Below the pieces are notes generated by a model that saw only the letters and a list, made by a program, of their open reading frames with translations, was not told where the DNA came from and made no database searches. DNA of 64,000 nt from a virus. Its lineage: Duplodnaviria > Caudoviricetes. This document shows positions 38,701 through 49,724 of this stretch, one piece after another. Each line of letters begins with the position of its first letter. Position 1 is the stretch's first letter. The stretch spans positions 160,001 to 224,000 of IMG/VR virus record IMGVR_UViG_3300010167_000010; one strand, 5' to 3'. The position numbers and the translations under genes are program-made.

Positions 38701-41700
38701 AAAATGTAAATGATAATGATTTATTATTTAAAAATGTTTTATTTATAGAAGCATACAATAATTTATTATCAATAATTGAAGAATACAATAGTTATTATCT
38801 CCCATGGCTTTTCTGTGAAATTGCAATAGACTTAGACAGGGATTATTATTTAAACTTAGATTCTAATAGATTAAGTAATGAAAAGAGAATAGCTCTTAAT
38901 AATATAAATAGAATTGATTTAATTTTAGATGAATACTTACCAAATAGAGGATTTTTACTTAACCCATTACCATCTGATATTTATATGCGAACAACTGATG
39001 ATGAATTATCTTCTTATTCTTTATTGAATCATCAAGACAGATTTATTGGTACATTATCTATATCATTAGATAAATTTAATGAATTTTTAGAATATAAAAT
39101 TGAAGAATTATACGGAACAGAAGGAGTTATAGAAGATTATACTTTTGGTTCATTAAATACAGCTTCTATTGTAAATAATAATTTAGATATTATTAAACCA
39201 TCAGGAGATTTTTTCGAATCAATAGACACATCAGATAATTCTAATATTTTAGAATTATCTAATTATATTAAAAAATATGAATTGGAAAAATATCATTATT
39301 TAACTTTAAATAAAGATATTATAAAAATTGTAGATAGAACTAATAACAGAAGATTTTCTTTTGCTGTTGCTGGTTTCTTAGAATTATTTTTACCATACGA
39401 AAAAAGAAATAATTTTAGAGGCGAAGCATTTGTTCATAATAGAATAGAGATAAGAGGAATAACTACAGCTGGATCAAAAATTATAGATTTTATTGATGAT
39501 GAGTCTAGATTTAGAATGGCAGCATTATCAACAGGTGATGAAGTTATAGGACCAACAATAGAAAATGACATATTTATTGAAGCTATAAATAACGTTAGAC
39601 ATTTTATTACAGTAAGTGAACCATTAAATGTAACTGGAGATTTTGTTTTAACTTTCTTAACTAAAATGAATTTACATGCTAAAGATATAAGTAAAAACTT
39701 TTTTAGATACAGAAGAGAATTGTCTCGAAATGAACTTATAGATACTGGTTCTATATTAGATCATTATGCTTATGGTGCTGAAGGGTCAAAATATCCATTT
39801 ATATCTAGTGGTTTTGTAAATAGTGTTGTAGATACTTCAAAATATAAAGAAATAACTTTAAAGCATTTAAGAGAACAATCAGTATATAGACGTTTTTTTG
39901 AACAACACGTTTGGGATTTACACAATTTTGGTGAAGATTCAATGACACATTATACTATACCATCTGTAATAAATTCTAGTGGAGATTTATTTTTAGAAGT
40001 TGGTGCTTATAAAACTTATAAAGAATTAAATAGAGATAAACAGAATTATTTAACAGACGGAAATGGAACTTTTAAATTTACAAAAGATCGAGAATATATA
40101 ATGAAAAAAGAAATTCTAGATTATTTCCAAGATTATTTACTAGAACTTTCTAGAGCTTCTGATAAAATAAATATTGGTGTAAATATAAATGCATTTACAC
40201 ATTCAAACGGTACAATATCTCAAATTCCAGATGCAAAATATTCTGATCCAAATATTGACTTAAGATTTTTTACTTATGGTTGGACAGATCAAACAATGCC
40301 TTATTATGTTGATATTGGTATTGGAAAATTAGACGAGTTTTCTAGAACAGGACCAGTTGATGCACAAGCTAAAACATATGAACCTAGATCTTTTTGGAAT
40401 CATGATGTATATGATAATACTTATTTAACAAAATATAAAGATTTAAAATATCAATCTGAAAAAGGAGCATTATCTTATCAAGAATTAAAAGAACAGGGAA
40501 TTGATTTAAGAAAAGCTGATAGATCATTATGGGGAAAGAAAACATTTGAAATAAATAATGAAGCTGATGTTGATCCAATTTATAGTATTCATAGACCAAT
40601 AATGAGAGTTTATCTTGGCGAATATGAAGTTCAAAAATCTATAACATTTGATAATCATTTAACTAGAAGATATACAACTGTTCAATTTTCAGTTATAAAA
40701 CAAGTATTTAAAAATCTTGTTAAAATGAATGAAGAAAAATTAAAAATAGTAAATAAAAAGTTTTTTGAATTAAATATTTTTAGAAATATTTCTTTAAATA
40801 ATTTGAGAACAGTAGATGAAAATGGTGATGATTTACATGTAATTGTTGAAGGACAATATCTTAATTTTAAATATGAGGGTGTTTGGGTGCCAAGAGCTCA
40901 ATTTTATGAAAATAGAAATCAATATTATATACAATACCCACCTCCTCCAACAGATGCTAATAACATTTATTATTATTCTATTGCAGAAAGAATTCAATTA
41001 GTAGCTGTTATAGATGATCAAAATTATGGTGAAAATTCTGATATATACGAAACTACTGAAAGAACTTTTGAAACTGGAACTATTATAGTTTATGAAGATG
41101 AAAAATGGGTTGTAAAAGATTTTATATTCTCAGGTGTTTATGGTGATCAGGTCGCATTAGAAAATATTATGGTAAAGCCAGAAGGTGAAGAAGCCAGAGC
41201 AATAATTGCTAATGCTTATCCAGTATCTAATAATGATGGTTTCTTTACTAATCCAAAAATTACTACTAATAATGATGGTATTGAAGTTTCTACTATTGTA
41301 GAAGAATTAACTCTTAAACATAGATTACTTTTAAAATTACTTATAAATTTAGGTTTATTTACTGGATCAATAGCTAGAACACAATGTTATTCAGTAAAAG
41401 AATTATTAAGTATATATAATACTATCTTCACCCATAAAGAAGATTTAGAAATTATAACTGAAAAATTAAAAGAAGAAATTTTATTAAGAGTAAGAGAAGA
41501 ATTAGAATTAGAAGCACCAGATTTAACTGAAGAAGAATTTGAAGAAGAAATAATTAAAAGATTTGAAATAGAAATTGCTAAAGAAGAATTTGATTTAGAA
41601 ATACAGAGAAGATTTAGAGAAAAAGTTTTAGGAACTGATTATAATATAAACGATACTCAAATAGTAATGTTTCCTAGATCGTTCTCTAATGAATTTACTA

Positions 41701-44700
41701 ATGTTATTTCTAAAAATAATGTTTATTGGTTTAATTATGCTTTTGGGTTTGATTTATTACACGATTGTTTAATAACTCCTGGACAAAATATAGCATTAAT
41801 TTATTTAGAAAACGATTTTAAAATTATTTTATTAAATGAAAATAAATTTACATTTTTAATAGATTCAGCAAGAAAAATAAGAATTAATGAATACGAATAT
41901 TTCTTCTTTATTGGAAAATATGGTTATACAAGTTATCAAAGTGGAAATAATTTAATAACTAAGGATATATTCTTATTTGAAAAAATAGAAAAATATACTA
42001 ATGTTATAGATTTAAAATATAAAAACTTACTTAAAGGTTCAGTAGATATTAAAGTAGCGGTAATTCCACATTTTACAGTAGAGGGTTATCCTTATGATGA
42101 AAATAATGAATTAAAGTATGATGAAAATAATAATCTTGTTGAAGATATTTATGATATAACTCAAGATAATATTTATTATGATAATTTTAACGATAAACTT
42201 TATTCTTTTAATACTATTCATAATGAAAGAATAAAATTTGCTATTAAGCAAGAAGATAATTTATATTTTAAAAATTTATTATTTATATATGGCCAATATC
42301 AAAAATTAGGTGCAACCGTTGGTGGTCAGTTTGTAAATCAAGGTGTTATAACTCCAATTACTGGAATTAGATTTGATGCTGATACAGCTAGTTTATTTGA
42401 TAGAATATTAGAATTAGAACAAATAAATATTCGTTCCCAATTTAATGTAAACTTAGAATCTACTTTATTTTCTTCATATTGTAATATTGAAGGGATAATG
42501 AAAGGCATTTATATTAAAGATAGAAATGCTATAGATGATACTGATGTTTATATTAGCGTAAATTATAGAGACGATAGAGAACCAATTATTACTTCTAATA
42601 AATTAAGATTTTCTACTGAAATACAAAAATTAATGCCAGTCAGAACTTATAATAATGTAACTCAAAATTTCCCAGAATCTATAATAGATTTTGCTGATGC
42701 TAAATGGCCAGATGAACAAAAAATATATCCACCTATTATTCAGTGGGTTGATGTTACAAAATCTATATCAACTGATACAGACTCAATGGCTTTTAAATAT
42801 TTCAAAAATATGTTAGTATTAGAAGGTGAAATAAATATTTATCAACCTAATACTATAAATTTTGGAAAAAATACTAAATTAGCTGATTCATTAAATAATG
42901 TAAAAATAAGTGACGTTATAAATTCTATAGTTGGTATTTCTAATGTAAATACTACATCATATAATAATTATACTTTAACCAATTCTAGTTTTAATATTAA
43001 GTTTATAGATTTTAATAAAAATATAATGATCTTTGTAGCTGATAACGCTATTGGATTAAAATATGTAAAATCGTTACAAGGTTTAGAAAAAGAAGTAGAA
43101 TTAGATGTGCAGTTTGCTGTTCCTAATTTTACAACCGGAACAACTGTGGACTCTTTAACTTGGGATGAAAATATAGATAAATGGGTTATTAGTGTTTCTA
43201 ATCCAAACGGTACTTCTGAAATGTATTCTATTACAGTTTCATCTGAAAATAATTTAACTATAACTCATTCAGATTATTTTATTGAAGAAATATATAATGA
43301 AAAAGGTATTGATATAAATACTTATCAATTTGTAACTATAAAAGATAAAGATTTTGGTGATAATAGATGGGATAATCATAAAACAGTTTTAGCAAGAGAT
43401 GTTTCATTTATTTCAGTACCGATAAGAGATGTACAAAAAGAAACTTTCTTTGCCCCAGAAAATTTTTCTACTTCAAGTAATTTACAATTAAGTAATTCAT
43501 TAGGAAATCCATTAGGTTGGCCTGGTTTAAGAATTTCTGGTAATAGTGGTGTTATTCAAAGTAGAACAAGAATTAATGTTCCTGCAAATGATTATAAAGT
43601 ATTAAGTTTTTCTGTTAAAAAATTAGAAGGAACTGCTGGTGCTCTTATGTCAGCTAATTCTATATCTATCGGTATTCAGACACCTTCATTTAATACTCCA
43701 GCTGATATAGATCAAATTTGGGTATACGATAAAGTTATTCAACGATGGGTTGTTACTGATAATACTCAAGATTTTTATAATTTTATTTCAAATTATAATT
43801 CTACTGAAATTGCAAATGTAGTTACTTATTTAGTCGGCCATGAGTTTGGTAGATATTATGATGTTACAAATAGAGATAGTATTTTTGGTGGACAATTTTT
43901 ATGGAGATTACCAAGACCAGATGTTAATGAAAATATAATAGTTGCTGCTGTAGTTTGTAGACAAAATATAACTAATGTAACTTTAGAAATAACAGTAAAT
44001 AATGATGGAACTACTGGAATAGGACAATTTGATATATTAAATATGTTTGTTTCTACAAAGAAAGAAGTTATAACACATAATAGAACTATAACTAAACAAA
44101 TCTTTGGTGGGTTTCCGCAAGAAGGTATTTCAGAAGAAAACTTTCCCGGAACTATAACGGAGGCCGCGCCATTCTTTATTGGTGAAAGACCAGCTAATGA
44201 TATTTATAACGATAATATTTATGAAGAGGGCCCTTATAATCCTTTAATTAGAAGTGATGATACTTCTATAGAATATCTTTATGAAAAATTTAGAGCTAGA
44301 AGATGGGTAGATTATAATATATTTGATAATCAAGTTATTATTATTGGTTCAACTATATTCTTTTATACTCCAACAAATTATTATTCTCCAATAGCAAATG
44401 GGGAAGAACACTTAAATCTCGATTTAATAACTTCAGAAGGAAGAGACGTATTAGTACCAACTGGAGTAACAGAAGAAAATCATTGGAAGCGCGCTGAATT
44501 ACCTTCTGTATTTAATGGTACATATCAATTATTTAATGAGATGACATTAGATGAAGCATATACTTTAGTTAATGATCAAAGAGATATTACTTTAGCTCAA
44601 ATAACAGCAATTGCAAACGCGGCAAGAGAGGGAATGGATGCTGATTCTCAAAACGCCATCAGTATAGTTTATAAAGCTATTTCTGATTGGATAACTGCAC

Positions 44701-47700
44701 ATCCAGTACAATATTATCCAACAGATGAACTATGTCCAATAGATATTATTGAAAATGATATTACTTTTATTTATAATGAAAAAGGTAAAATACCTAGATT
44801 CTTTGAAAATAATAGTGGTTATCATGAAAAATGGAGATCATCTCAAGAAGTAAAATTTGAATTAGGTTTAACTACTTCTGTTTATTTAACTCGACAAAAT
44901 TATTTAAGATACTTAGCAGATTATTTTTCAGTAATTTGTGGTGCACAAAGATACATTTATTATTTTGAGCCAGGTGGAATAAAAGATGTTAAATTAACTA
45001 ATGCTCAACTTATTATACAAAATATTTATGATGATATTATTTCATTCCCATTAAATAAAGCAACTTGTAGAGATGAAATTGAAAATTATAATAACTGGCA
45101 TATTAGTAATATGGCGCCAGAATATGTATTTAATTCTACAGAAACTTCTTTTGAAACTAGAACGGTAATGGTTGGAAATGATACATTTACTATTGATTCA
45201 TTCCCAGTTCAAAAACCTCGAAAAGCTTTTGAAATAATGGGTAAATACATAAATAATAATGTTCAAATATATGCCGGCTATGTAATGGCTAATGAAGATG
45301 TATTAAATGTTTATAATAAATTTGGGGCCCAGGGACCTAATCCAGATTGGTCACAATTAGAACATATTATTAGATTATTCCCAAATAGAATTAAATTAAA
45401 TGGTGAATTTAATAATCCAAGTACTTCATTTATAGTATTTGGAAAAAAATATCCAGCAATATTTTATAGTGATAATAATGGACAATCATTTAATCAAGTT
45501 AGAATACCAACAAATGCTATTACTAAAAGCTCACATGACTATGAAAATAATGCGTCAGCTGATCCCCCAGATATTTGGTGTGATTCAGTTTATAAAATTG
45601 GAAATAAAATAAATGTAATATATAAATCTCCTTCTTCATCTGCTAGTGCTAATATTTTAGGTTATACTACATTTACTATAAATGAACAGGAAACAAATTC
45701 TTTAATGGCTTTTGATGGGGAAAATTTTATTTATACAGCAACTGATTTAGAAAATATTACTATAAATAATTTAGCGAATTCTTGGAAAAACTTTAATATT
45801 AATTTCTTAAATGGTGTTTTAGTAGCAAGAGACCATGTATTTCCACATTATATTGCTAATCCTGGACATAGATTTTTATTAGAAGATCAGTATAATCTAA
45901 TGCCATTATCTGGAGAACAACGAATTATAGAAATTGGTGATGATTTTATCAGATACACTAATGCAGTTGATCCAGCTGATAATGAAGAAATATTAAGAGT
46001 ATTAGTATCAATAGACCAAACTGAACTTATAGAAAATCCAACAATCTATCTCGATTATAAAGAAGAATATTTAGATTCTAATGGTTATCTTTTAGTTAAT
46101 CATATTAAAGAAGTTGATGATCCTACACAAGCTAATAGATTATATTCTCCTCGTGAAGCTATGGTTTTAAGACACCCAAGTGATGCTGATTTAAGTAATG
46201 TTTATCAACGAGAAGTTTTACCAATAAGAGGTATTCCAGCTATTTCAGAAGATGCTGGGAGATCTATTTACAGATATCATGATCCAATTGTAGATTCAAA
46301 AGGTAATGAAATATATAAATATATTGAAGCAATAAACTTTAATAATCAAACAATTTATTTATGTCAAGCTAATGGGAATTATCTCGTATTCAGAGACTCT
46401 TCTTCTAATCATAATTATTTTACATTAGAAACATTAATAAAGGAAAATATAGATTATCAAACTTTAGTTCCTGCGCCTGTTTTAGTTCCAGGTTTTAAAG
46501 CTGAGGAACATGACATATTTGGTGATTTATTAAATGATTTAGATAATAAACAAATTCAATTTTTAGATTTTGATGGTTCTAATCCAAAATTATTTATTAG
46601 TTTACCAGATATTAAAACAGTAATAGATTATCTTGTTAGTGAAGAAGATGACGAAAAACGATTATTATATAAATGGGCTTATAATTCAGACCCATCTTGG
46701 GTAGGAACACCTGTCGGTTATGTATTAGATATAAATAAAGTAGATGACGAAGGTAGAACACAATCATTTATATTAAATCCATTTAGAATTGGTGAAGATT
46801 TTATTAGAGCTGTAGATTCTGTAGAACAATTTGAAGGACCTTTTGGACCAATTTATGGTAAAAGATTATCTTCAAGATTTGCTCCATTTAGATGGAAAGA
46901 TGAATATTATGTTTACGATTTAGTAACTTCAACATTATTATTAAAAGAAAATAATAATTTCTATATGAATATTTCTATGCCATATCAATTTGCAAACGGA
47001 CAAATATCTTATGATAATATAACTTTTGAATGGGCTAATCATAAACGAAGAAGTGATGATACTGAATTCGAATATATAGAACCAATCGAAGATTTACAAC
47101 AATTTAACGGTATTTATATAAAACCTCGTGGTTATGGTGGGTCAATGCATAATGAAAACTTTATTTATGAAAGACCAGAACTTATAGATTATAGAGCATT
47201 TGAAAGAAAACTTGTAGAAAATAAATTTGAAGAATATATTTATTTAAATGATAGAAATGGAAATAAATATAATTCTAAAAATGGATTATTCTGGTTATCA
47301 ACTAATAACGATGTTAAAATAAATTATAATAATCTTATCAATAAAGTAAATAAAGTTAAATTTTATCCAGATGCAATTGGTTATGAAGGTAATGAAACCC
47401 ATCCAGATGGATTATATACTGAATATAATGTTTTCAAATTAGAGCAAGCACCAATAGAAGTATATACACCAAAAAATACTATTTGGTTTAATTCACCAAC
47501 TATTAGACAACCCGTAACAACGCAATCAGATTCTGGCCCAGAAATTTTACATTCTTCTGGAAGACATCAAATATTATTAACTTTATTTAGAATAATAAAA
47601 GCTGGTTTAACTGTAAACGAATCCTTAATTTCTGAATACGAAATTGAAATAAGAGATTATAGAAATAGACCAATTAGATTACCAGAAGGAACTTCTATTA

Positions 47701-49724
47701 TTTACGAAAATGGTAGATTATTATTTTTATATGATGATACGTTTATATATTCAGAAGAAAATCTTCCAGTATTTGACCACGATTTAATTAGAGTATTTAT
47801 TAAAGATGAGAATGGTCAAACATTTAATTATGATTTAAATGTTGCTCCAAAAGAAGAAACAGAAATTGGAAAAATATTAAATATAAATAGAATAGAGTTC
47901 GATAAAGAAGAATTATATCACTTAAATACTATTACAATAAATTTTGATGGTAGATCATTAAAATTTAGAGATAATAATGAACCTTCTTATTTTATATCTA
48001 TAGATTATACAACTAGAGAATTTATTAGATGGGAAAATAATGCTAATCAATTATTAGATTTTGAAGTTCAACTTATTGCAATAGATTATGAACAAGCAAC
48101 TAGATTTATGACTATAAATTCTCATTACGAATTTAAATTAGATGTTAGAAACTTTCATCTAGAATTATTACTAAATAGATCTTGGGCAACTACTATTAGT
48201 AACTTAAATGAAGTTCAATGTAGAATATATTCTAAAGATCAGCTTGTTTATAACCCAAATAGTACTACAAATTATTTAACAGGTCAATTACATTTTGAAT
48301 TTGATAGACAAAGAATTAGATTTGTATCTAATTATGTTAACTTAATAGAAAGTATTAAAGTTATAAATGAAATATTTGTAGATAATATAAATTTAGAAAA
48401 ATGGGTATATGTTGTAGATCAAAACGGCGAATATGAATTTAAACATACATCATTAATTATTGTTGATGGTCTTTATGGAAATATTTTATTAAATAAACCA
48501 GCATATAGAAACTTTAGAGATTTAGTAGACAAGTTAGATAATATAATTGAATATAAAGAAAGAAGAATTATTGAAACTTTTAATGGAAGAGTATTTAATG
48601 AAATTGTAAGTATTGCACCTAATTTTTCTAATATGAAATTAGGTAATTTAATAAATTACGATAAAGTAGATTTAAATACTGGTGATATTTTCTTTATTAA
48701 AATGAAATTACTCCCATTAAACACAATATATCCTCAATTAAAAACTTTAAATCATCCTGATTATATTTATCCAGTAAGTACGGTTGAAGCTAGACTTTAT
48801 GGTTTTGATAGAATATTTATTAATGAAAATTCATACGTTCCACCACCAATTACTATAAATAATATAATGTATAATTCTGAATCTTTACCATTATATTATA
48901 CAAATAATTGGCTTAACAAAGATGGTTTTATGATTTATTTAGCTGATAATGAAGGAAGATTTACTAGACCAACTGTTAGAAATAGAAGAGTAGAGTTTGA
49001 TGTATTAGGAAATGAATTAGGTGATTGTAGGGCTGATATTTATGGTAATATAGATCCTAGATTTAATCCATTAGAACCATTATATAAATCTTCAATAGAT
49101 TGGTTCAAATCAGAATTCTATATTGAAGGAAAAGAAATTAATCCATTTATTGTAAATATAAATATAAAAGATGTTTATGATGAAAAATTAAAAGACTTTG
49201 TACCTTCTGTAAATTTAACATCTCCAACAAAATTTGGTAATGATTTTATTCAACAAGAAGTAAGTAAATCTTATTTAACTAAAGTTGATAATTCTTTATT
49301 ATATCGTTATTGTAGAATAGAAGACGATTTAATTCAAAATTCTAAATTAGATATTATAGAACACAATAATGGTTTAATAAATTTAATTGTACAAGGTCCT
49401 TATGATACTTATCAATTTGAACAACATAAGTTTTTGTTTGGAATAAAATATTTTAATACGTTCTCAAGTATTGGTCCTTATAGATCAATATGGACTTCAA
49501 CTGTAGAACTTGAAAATAAAATAGATTTATCTTTTTATCTAAATACTAGAGAAAATATATTAGATAAGAATAATAGAGATTTTGGTGTTGTAGATATTAC
49601 TGAAATGGGATTATTTAATCAACGTGGTGAATTAGTTGCTTATATGACACACCCAATTGCTCAGTATCGCTCAGATACGCAGCATATTAGTTATAACTTA
49701 ATTGTAGAAGAAGTAGGTGCATAA
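35709..49724 (+). CDS. giant (4671 aa) baseplate wedge / tail structural protein
   Basis: Uninterrupted 14-kb ORF; late motif; RRKLYGAKSGY near N-terminus (wedge-like), Asp-box-like YSDNNGQSF, C-terminal ITEMGLFNQRGELVAY typical of tail/baseplate attachment domains. Confidence 0.65.
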   Translation: MELFTPNSKYYQKVLDSYTSSDEFIANKRVHFNNEIPPIDLYDMVHSMMRNDLWKWFLGSSYLSYDINYNEATNGSEIFDKEGMIMEASISKLMNGIRSQDYGPIPYYSHTKNGTSLINPEYHRLEINGVFLPEVDFMLHEGYRYLNVLYPDHPDFINILTTNEINDEITQAAALVHYNPNCIFFDWLATELNFELDDLDLPRAGREEATKLKIRNLKNNAFRRKLYGAKSGYWQFGSEIFQHITIHPVAEYLPFKPVIREMFARSFHVPSRHIKWFSKIYKKPDEFVDRSINKFNLLYKKLFRLIDWNNVSYDYLNEYVPPEKIWGTAYPTPYSLYDVYEYPAERNAYMSLSIQNDFYVGQKITINGNPAFINGMWSEDSYRVKVRLVYENDELVDQRSSCIQQTLHESLTKIHLDSPAYPIYIPFQVYRGTEYTLNKILEIKNEIRQENKVIKEKNKEIDNEEEHYPLLERLDLTDYENALLSTSNPLTRSIKELYKLLPDHTICNFALNPYQDGNLYLPASQFLTLYPEWLNITTNRDDIHNPYLVYGATPMSEDGFVKKEDLIINDLIYNTYVSEIVGIEPGLIKMRVEKAERLTKTQTDIIDEINNLENAKFGIIIQFDIGNDLVRNKKVVLFGKPKFDYIALEGRDDGLFQITYITFNIVAIPKIKSHNLLKALYRDYENQALHKFKNLEILFGEEDGEASEIFKKNHRKYKNITDNFENLNFIREDYQTKFKNFNDNILRLNNRFKSEIFRNVEVSDGPIRSLQTNLRSLLSSFINVSNEYITSNIGNLENVSYFCERIRVLIQNFTFNDAITNDMALLYEDLAKLDIEIKNLEKENETLGDLNQIIANAYENRKIIEQIIEKREIIILFLQEKIKLDNNFVSFISVIDSLNYNDNIFNFIEECKKQVTIIETFINEFESNFLFEQPQLFNYYNGLITLLKDKISSYDNHIIYLNETFSNIKDLITIIIDNYYLSENKQNLLKLYLEKFVKNVNDNDLLFKNVLFIEAYNNLLSIIEEYNSYYLPWLFCEIAIDLDRDYYLNLDSNRLSNEKRIALNNINRIDLILDEYLPNRGFLLNPLPSDIYMRTTDDELSSYSLLNHQDRFIGTLSISLDKFNEFLEYKIEELYGTEGVIEDYTFGSLNTASIVNNNLDIIKPSGDFFESIDTSDNSNILELSNYIKKYELEKYHYLTLNKDIIKIVDRTNNRRFSFAVAGFLELFLPYEKRNNFRGEAFVHNRIEIRGITTAGSKIIDFIDDESRFRMAALSTGDEVIGPTIENDIFIEAINNVRHFITVSEPLNVTGDFVLTFLTKMNLHAKDISKNFFRYRRELSRNELIDTGSILDHYAYGAEGSKYPFISSGFVNSVVDTSKYKEITLKHLREQSVYRRFFEQHVWDLHNFGEDSMTHYTIPSVINSSGDLFLEVGAYKTYKELNRDKQNYLTDGNGTFKFTKDREYIMKKEILDYFQDYLLELSRASDKINIGVNINAFTHSNGTISQIPDAKYSDPNIDLRFFTYGWTDQTMPYYVDIGIGKLDEFSRTGPVDAQAKTYEPRSFWNHDVYDNTYLTKYKDLKYQSEKGALSYQELKEQGIDLRKADRSLWGKKTFEINNEADVDPIYSIHRPIMRVYLGEYEVQKSITFDNHLTRRYTTVQFSVIKQVFKNLVKMNEEKLKIVNKKFFELNIFRNISLNNLRTVDENGDDLHVIVEGQYLNFKYEGVWVPRAQFYENRNQYYIQYPPPPTDANNIYYYSIAERIQLVAVIDDQNYGENSDIYETTERTFETGTIIVYEDEKWVVKDFIFSGVYGDQVALENIMVKPEGEEARAIIANAYPVSNNDGFFTNPKITTNNDGIEVSTIVEELTLKHRLLLKLLINLGLFTGSIARTQCYSVKELLSIYNTIFTHKEDLEIITEKLKEEILLRVREELELEAPDLTEEEFEEEIIKRFEIEIAKEEFDLEIQRRFREKVLGTDYNINDTQIVMFPRSFSNEFTNVISKNNVYWFNYAFGFDLLHDCLITPGQNIALIYLENDFKIILLNENKFTFLIDSARKIRINEYEYFFFIGKYGYTSYQSGNNLITKDIFLFEKIEKYTNVIDLKYKNLLKGSVDIKVAVIPHFTVEGYPYDENNELKYDENNNLVEDIYDITQDNIYYDNFNDKLYSFNTIHNERIKFAIKQEDNLYFKNLLFIYGQYQKLGATVGGQFVNQGVITPITGIRFDADTASLFDRILELEQINIRSQFNVNLESTLFSSYCNIEGIMKGIYIKDRNAIDDTDVYISVNYRDDREPIITSNKLRFSTEIQKLMPVRTYNNVTQNFPESIIDFADAKWPDEQKIYPPIIQWVDVTKSISTDTDSMAFKYFKNMLVLEGEINIYQPNTINFGKNTKLADSLNNVKISDVINSIVGISNVNTTSYNNYTLTNSSFNIKFIDFNKNIMIFVADNAIGLKYVKSLQGLEKEVELDVQFAVPNFTTGTTVDSLTWDENIDKWVISVSNPNGTSEMYSITVSSENNLTITHSDYFIEEIYNEKGIDINTYQFVTIKDKDFGDNRWDNHKTVLARDVSFISVPIRDVQKETFFAPENFSTSSNLQLSNSLGNPLGWPGLRISGNSGVIQSRTRINVPANDYKVLSFSVKKLEGTAGALMSANSISIGIQTPSFNTPADIDQIWVYDKVIQRWVVTDNTQDFYNFISNYNSTEIANVVTYLVGHEFGRYYDVTNRDSIFGGQFLWRLPRPDVNENIIVAAVVCRQNITNVTLEITVNNDGTTGIGQFDILNMFVSTKKEVITHNRTITKQIFGGFPQEGISEENFPGTITEAAPFFIGERPANDIYNDNIYEEGPYNPLIRSDDTSIEYLYEKFRARRWVDYNIFDNQVIIIGSTIFFYTPTNYYSPIANGEEHLNLDLITSEGRDVLVPTGVTEENHWKRAELPSVFNGTYQLFNEMTLDEAYTLVNDQRDITLAQITAIANAAREGMDADSQNAISIVYKAISDWITAHPVQYYPTDELCPIDIIENDITFIYNEKGKIPRFFENNSGYHEKWRSSQEVKFELGLTTSVYLTRQNYLRYLADYFSVICGAQRYIYYFEPGGIKDVKLTNAQLIIQNIYDDIISFPLNKATCRDEIENYNNWHISNMAPEYVFNSTETSFETRTVMVGNDTFTIDSFPVQKPRKAFEIMGKYINNNVQIYAGYVMANEDVLNVYNKFGAQGPNPDWSQLEHIIRLFPNRIKLNGEFNNPSTSFIVFGKKYPAIFYSDNNGQSFNQVRIPTNAITKSSHDYENNASADPPDIWCDSVYKIGNKINVIYKSPSSSASANILGYTTFTINEQETNSLMAFDGENFIYTATDLENITINNLANSWKNFNINFLNGVLVARDHVFPHYIANPGHRFLLEDQYNLMPLSGEQRIIEIGDDFIRYTNAVDPADNEEILRVLVSIDQTELIENPTIYLDYKEEYLDSNGYLLVNHIKEVDDPTQANRLYSPREAMVLRHPSDADLSNVYQREVLPIRGIPAISEDAGRSIYRYHDPIVDSKGNEIYKYIEAINFNNQTIYLCQANGNYLVFRDSSSNHNYFTLETLIKENIDYQTLVPAPVLVPGFKAEEHDIFGDLLNDLDNKQIQFLDFDGSNPKLFISLPDIKTVIDYLVSEEDDEKRLLYKWAYNSDPSWVGTPVGYVLDINKVDDEGRTQSFILNPFRIGEDFIRAVDSVEQFEGPFGPIYGKRLSSRFAPFRWKDEYYVYDLVTSTLLLKENNNFYMNISMPYQFANGQISYDNITFEWANHKRRSDDTEFEYIEPIEDLQQFNGIYIKPRGYGGSMHNENFIYERPELIDYRAFERKLVENKFEEYIYLNDRNGNKYNSKNGLFWLSTNNDVKINYNNLINKVNKVKFYPDAIGYEGNETHPDGLYTEYNVFKLEQAPIEVYTPKNTIWFNSPTIRQPVTTQSDSGPEILHSSGRHQILLTLFRIIKAGLTVNESLISEYEIEIRDYRNRPIRLPEGTSIIYENGRLLFLYDDTFIYSEENLPVFDHDLIRVFIKDENGQTFNYDLNVAPKEETEIGKILNINRIEFDKEELYHLNTITINFDGRSLKFRDNNEPSYFISIDYTTREFIRWENNANQLLDFEVQLIAIDYEQATRFMTINSHYEFKLDVRNFHLELLLNRSWATTISNLNEVQCRIYSKDQLVYNPNSTTNYLTGQLHFEFDRQRIRFVSNYVNLIESIKVINEIFVDNINLEKWVYVVDQNGEYEFKHTSLIIVDGLYGNILLNKPAYRNFRDLVDKLDNIIEYKERRIIETFNGRVFNEIVSIAPNFSNMKLGNLINYDKVDLNTGDIFFIKMKLLPLNTIYPQLKTLNHPDYIYPVSTVEARLYGFDRIFINENSYVPPPITINNIMYNSESLPLYYTNNWLNKDGFMIYLADNEGRFTRPTVRNRRVEFDVLGNELGDCRADIYGNIDPRFNPLEPLYKSSIDWFKSEFYIEGKEINPFIVNINIKDVYDEKLKDFVPSVNLTSPTKFGNDFIQQEVSKSYLTKVDNSLLYRYCRIEDDLIQNSKLDIIEHNNGLINLIVQGPYDTYQFEQHKFLFGIKYFNTFSSIGPYRSIWTSTVELENKIDLSFYLNTRENILDKNNRDFGVVDITEMGLFNQRGELVAYMTHPIAQYRSDTQHISYNLIVEEVGA

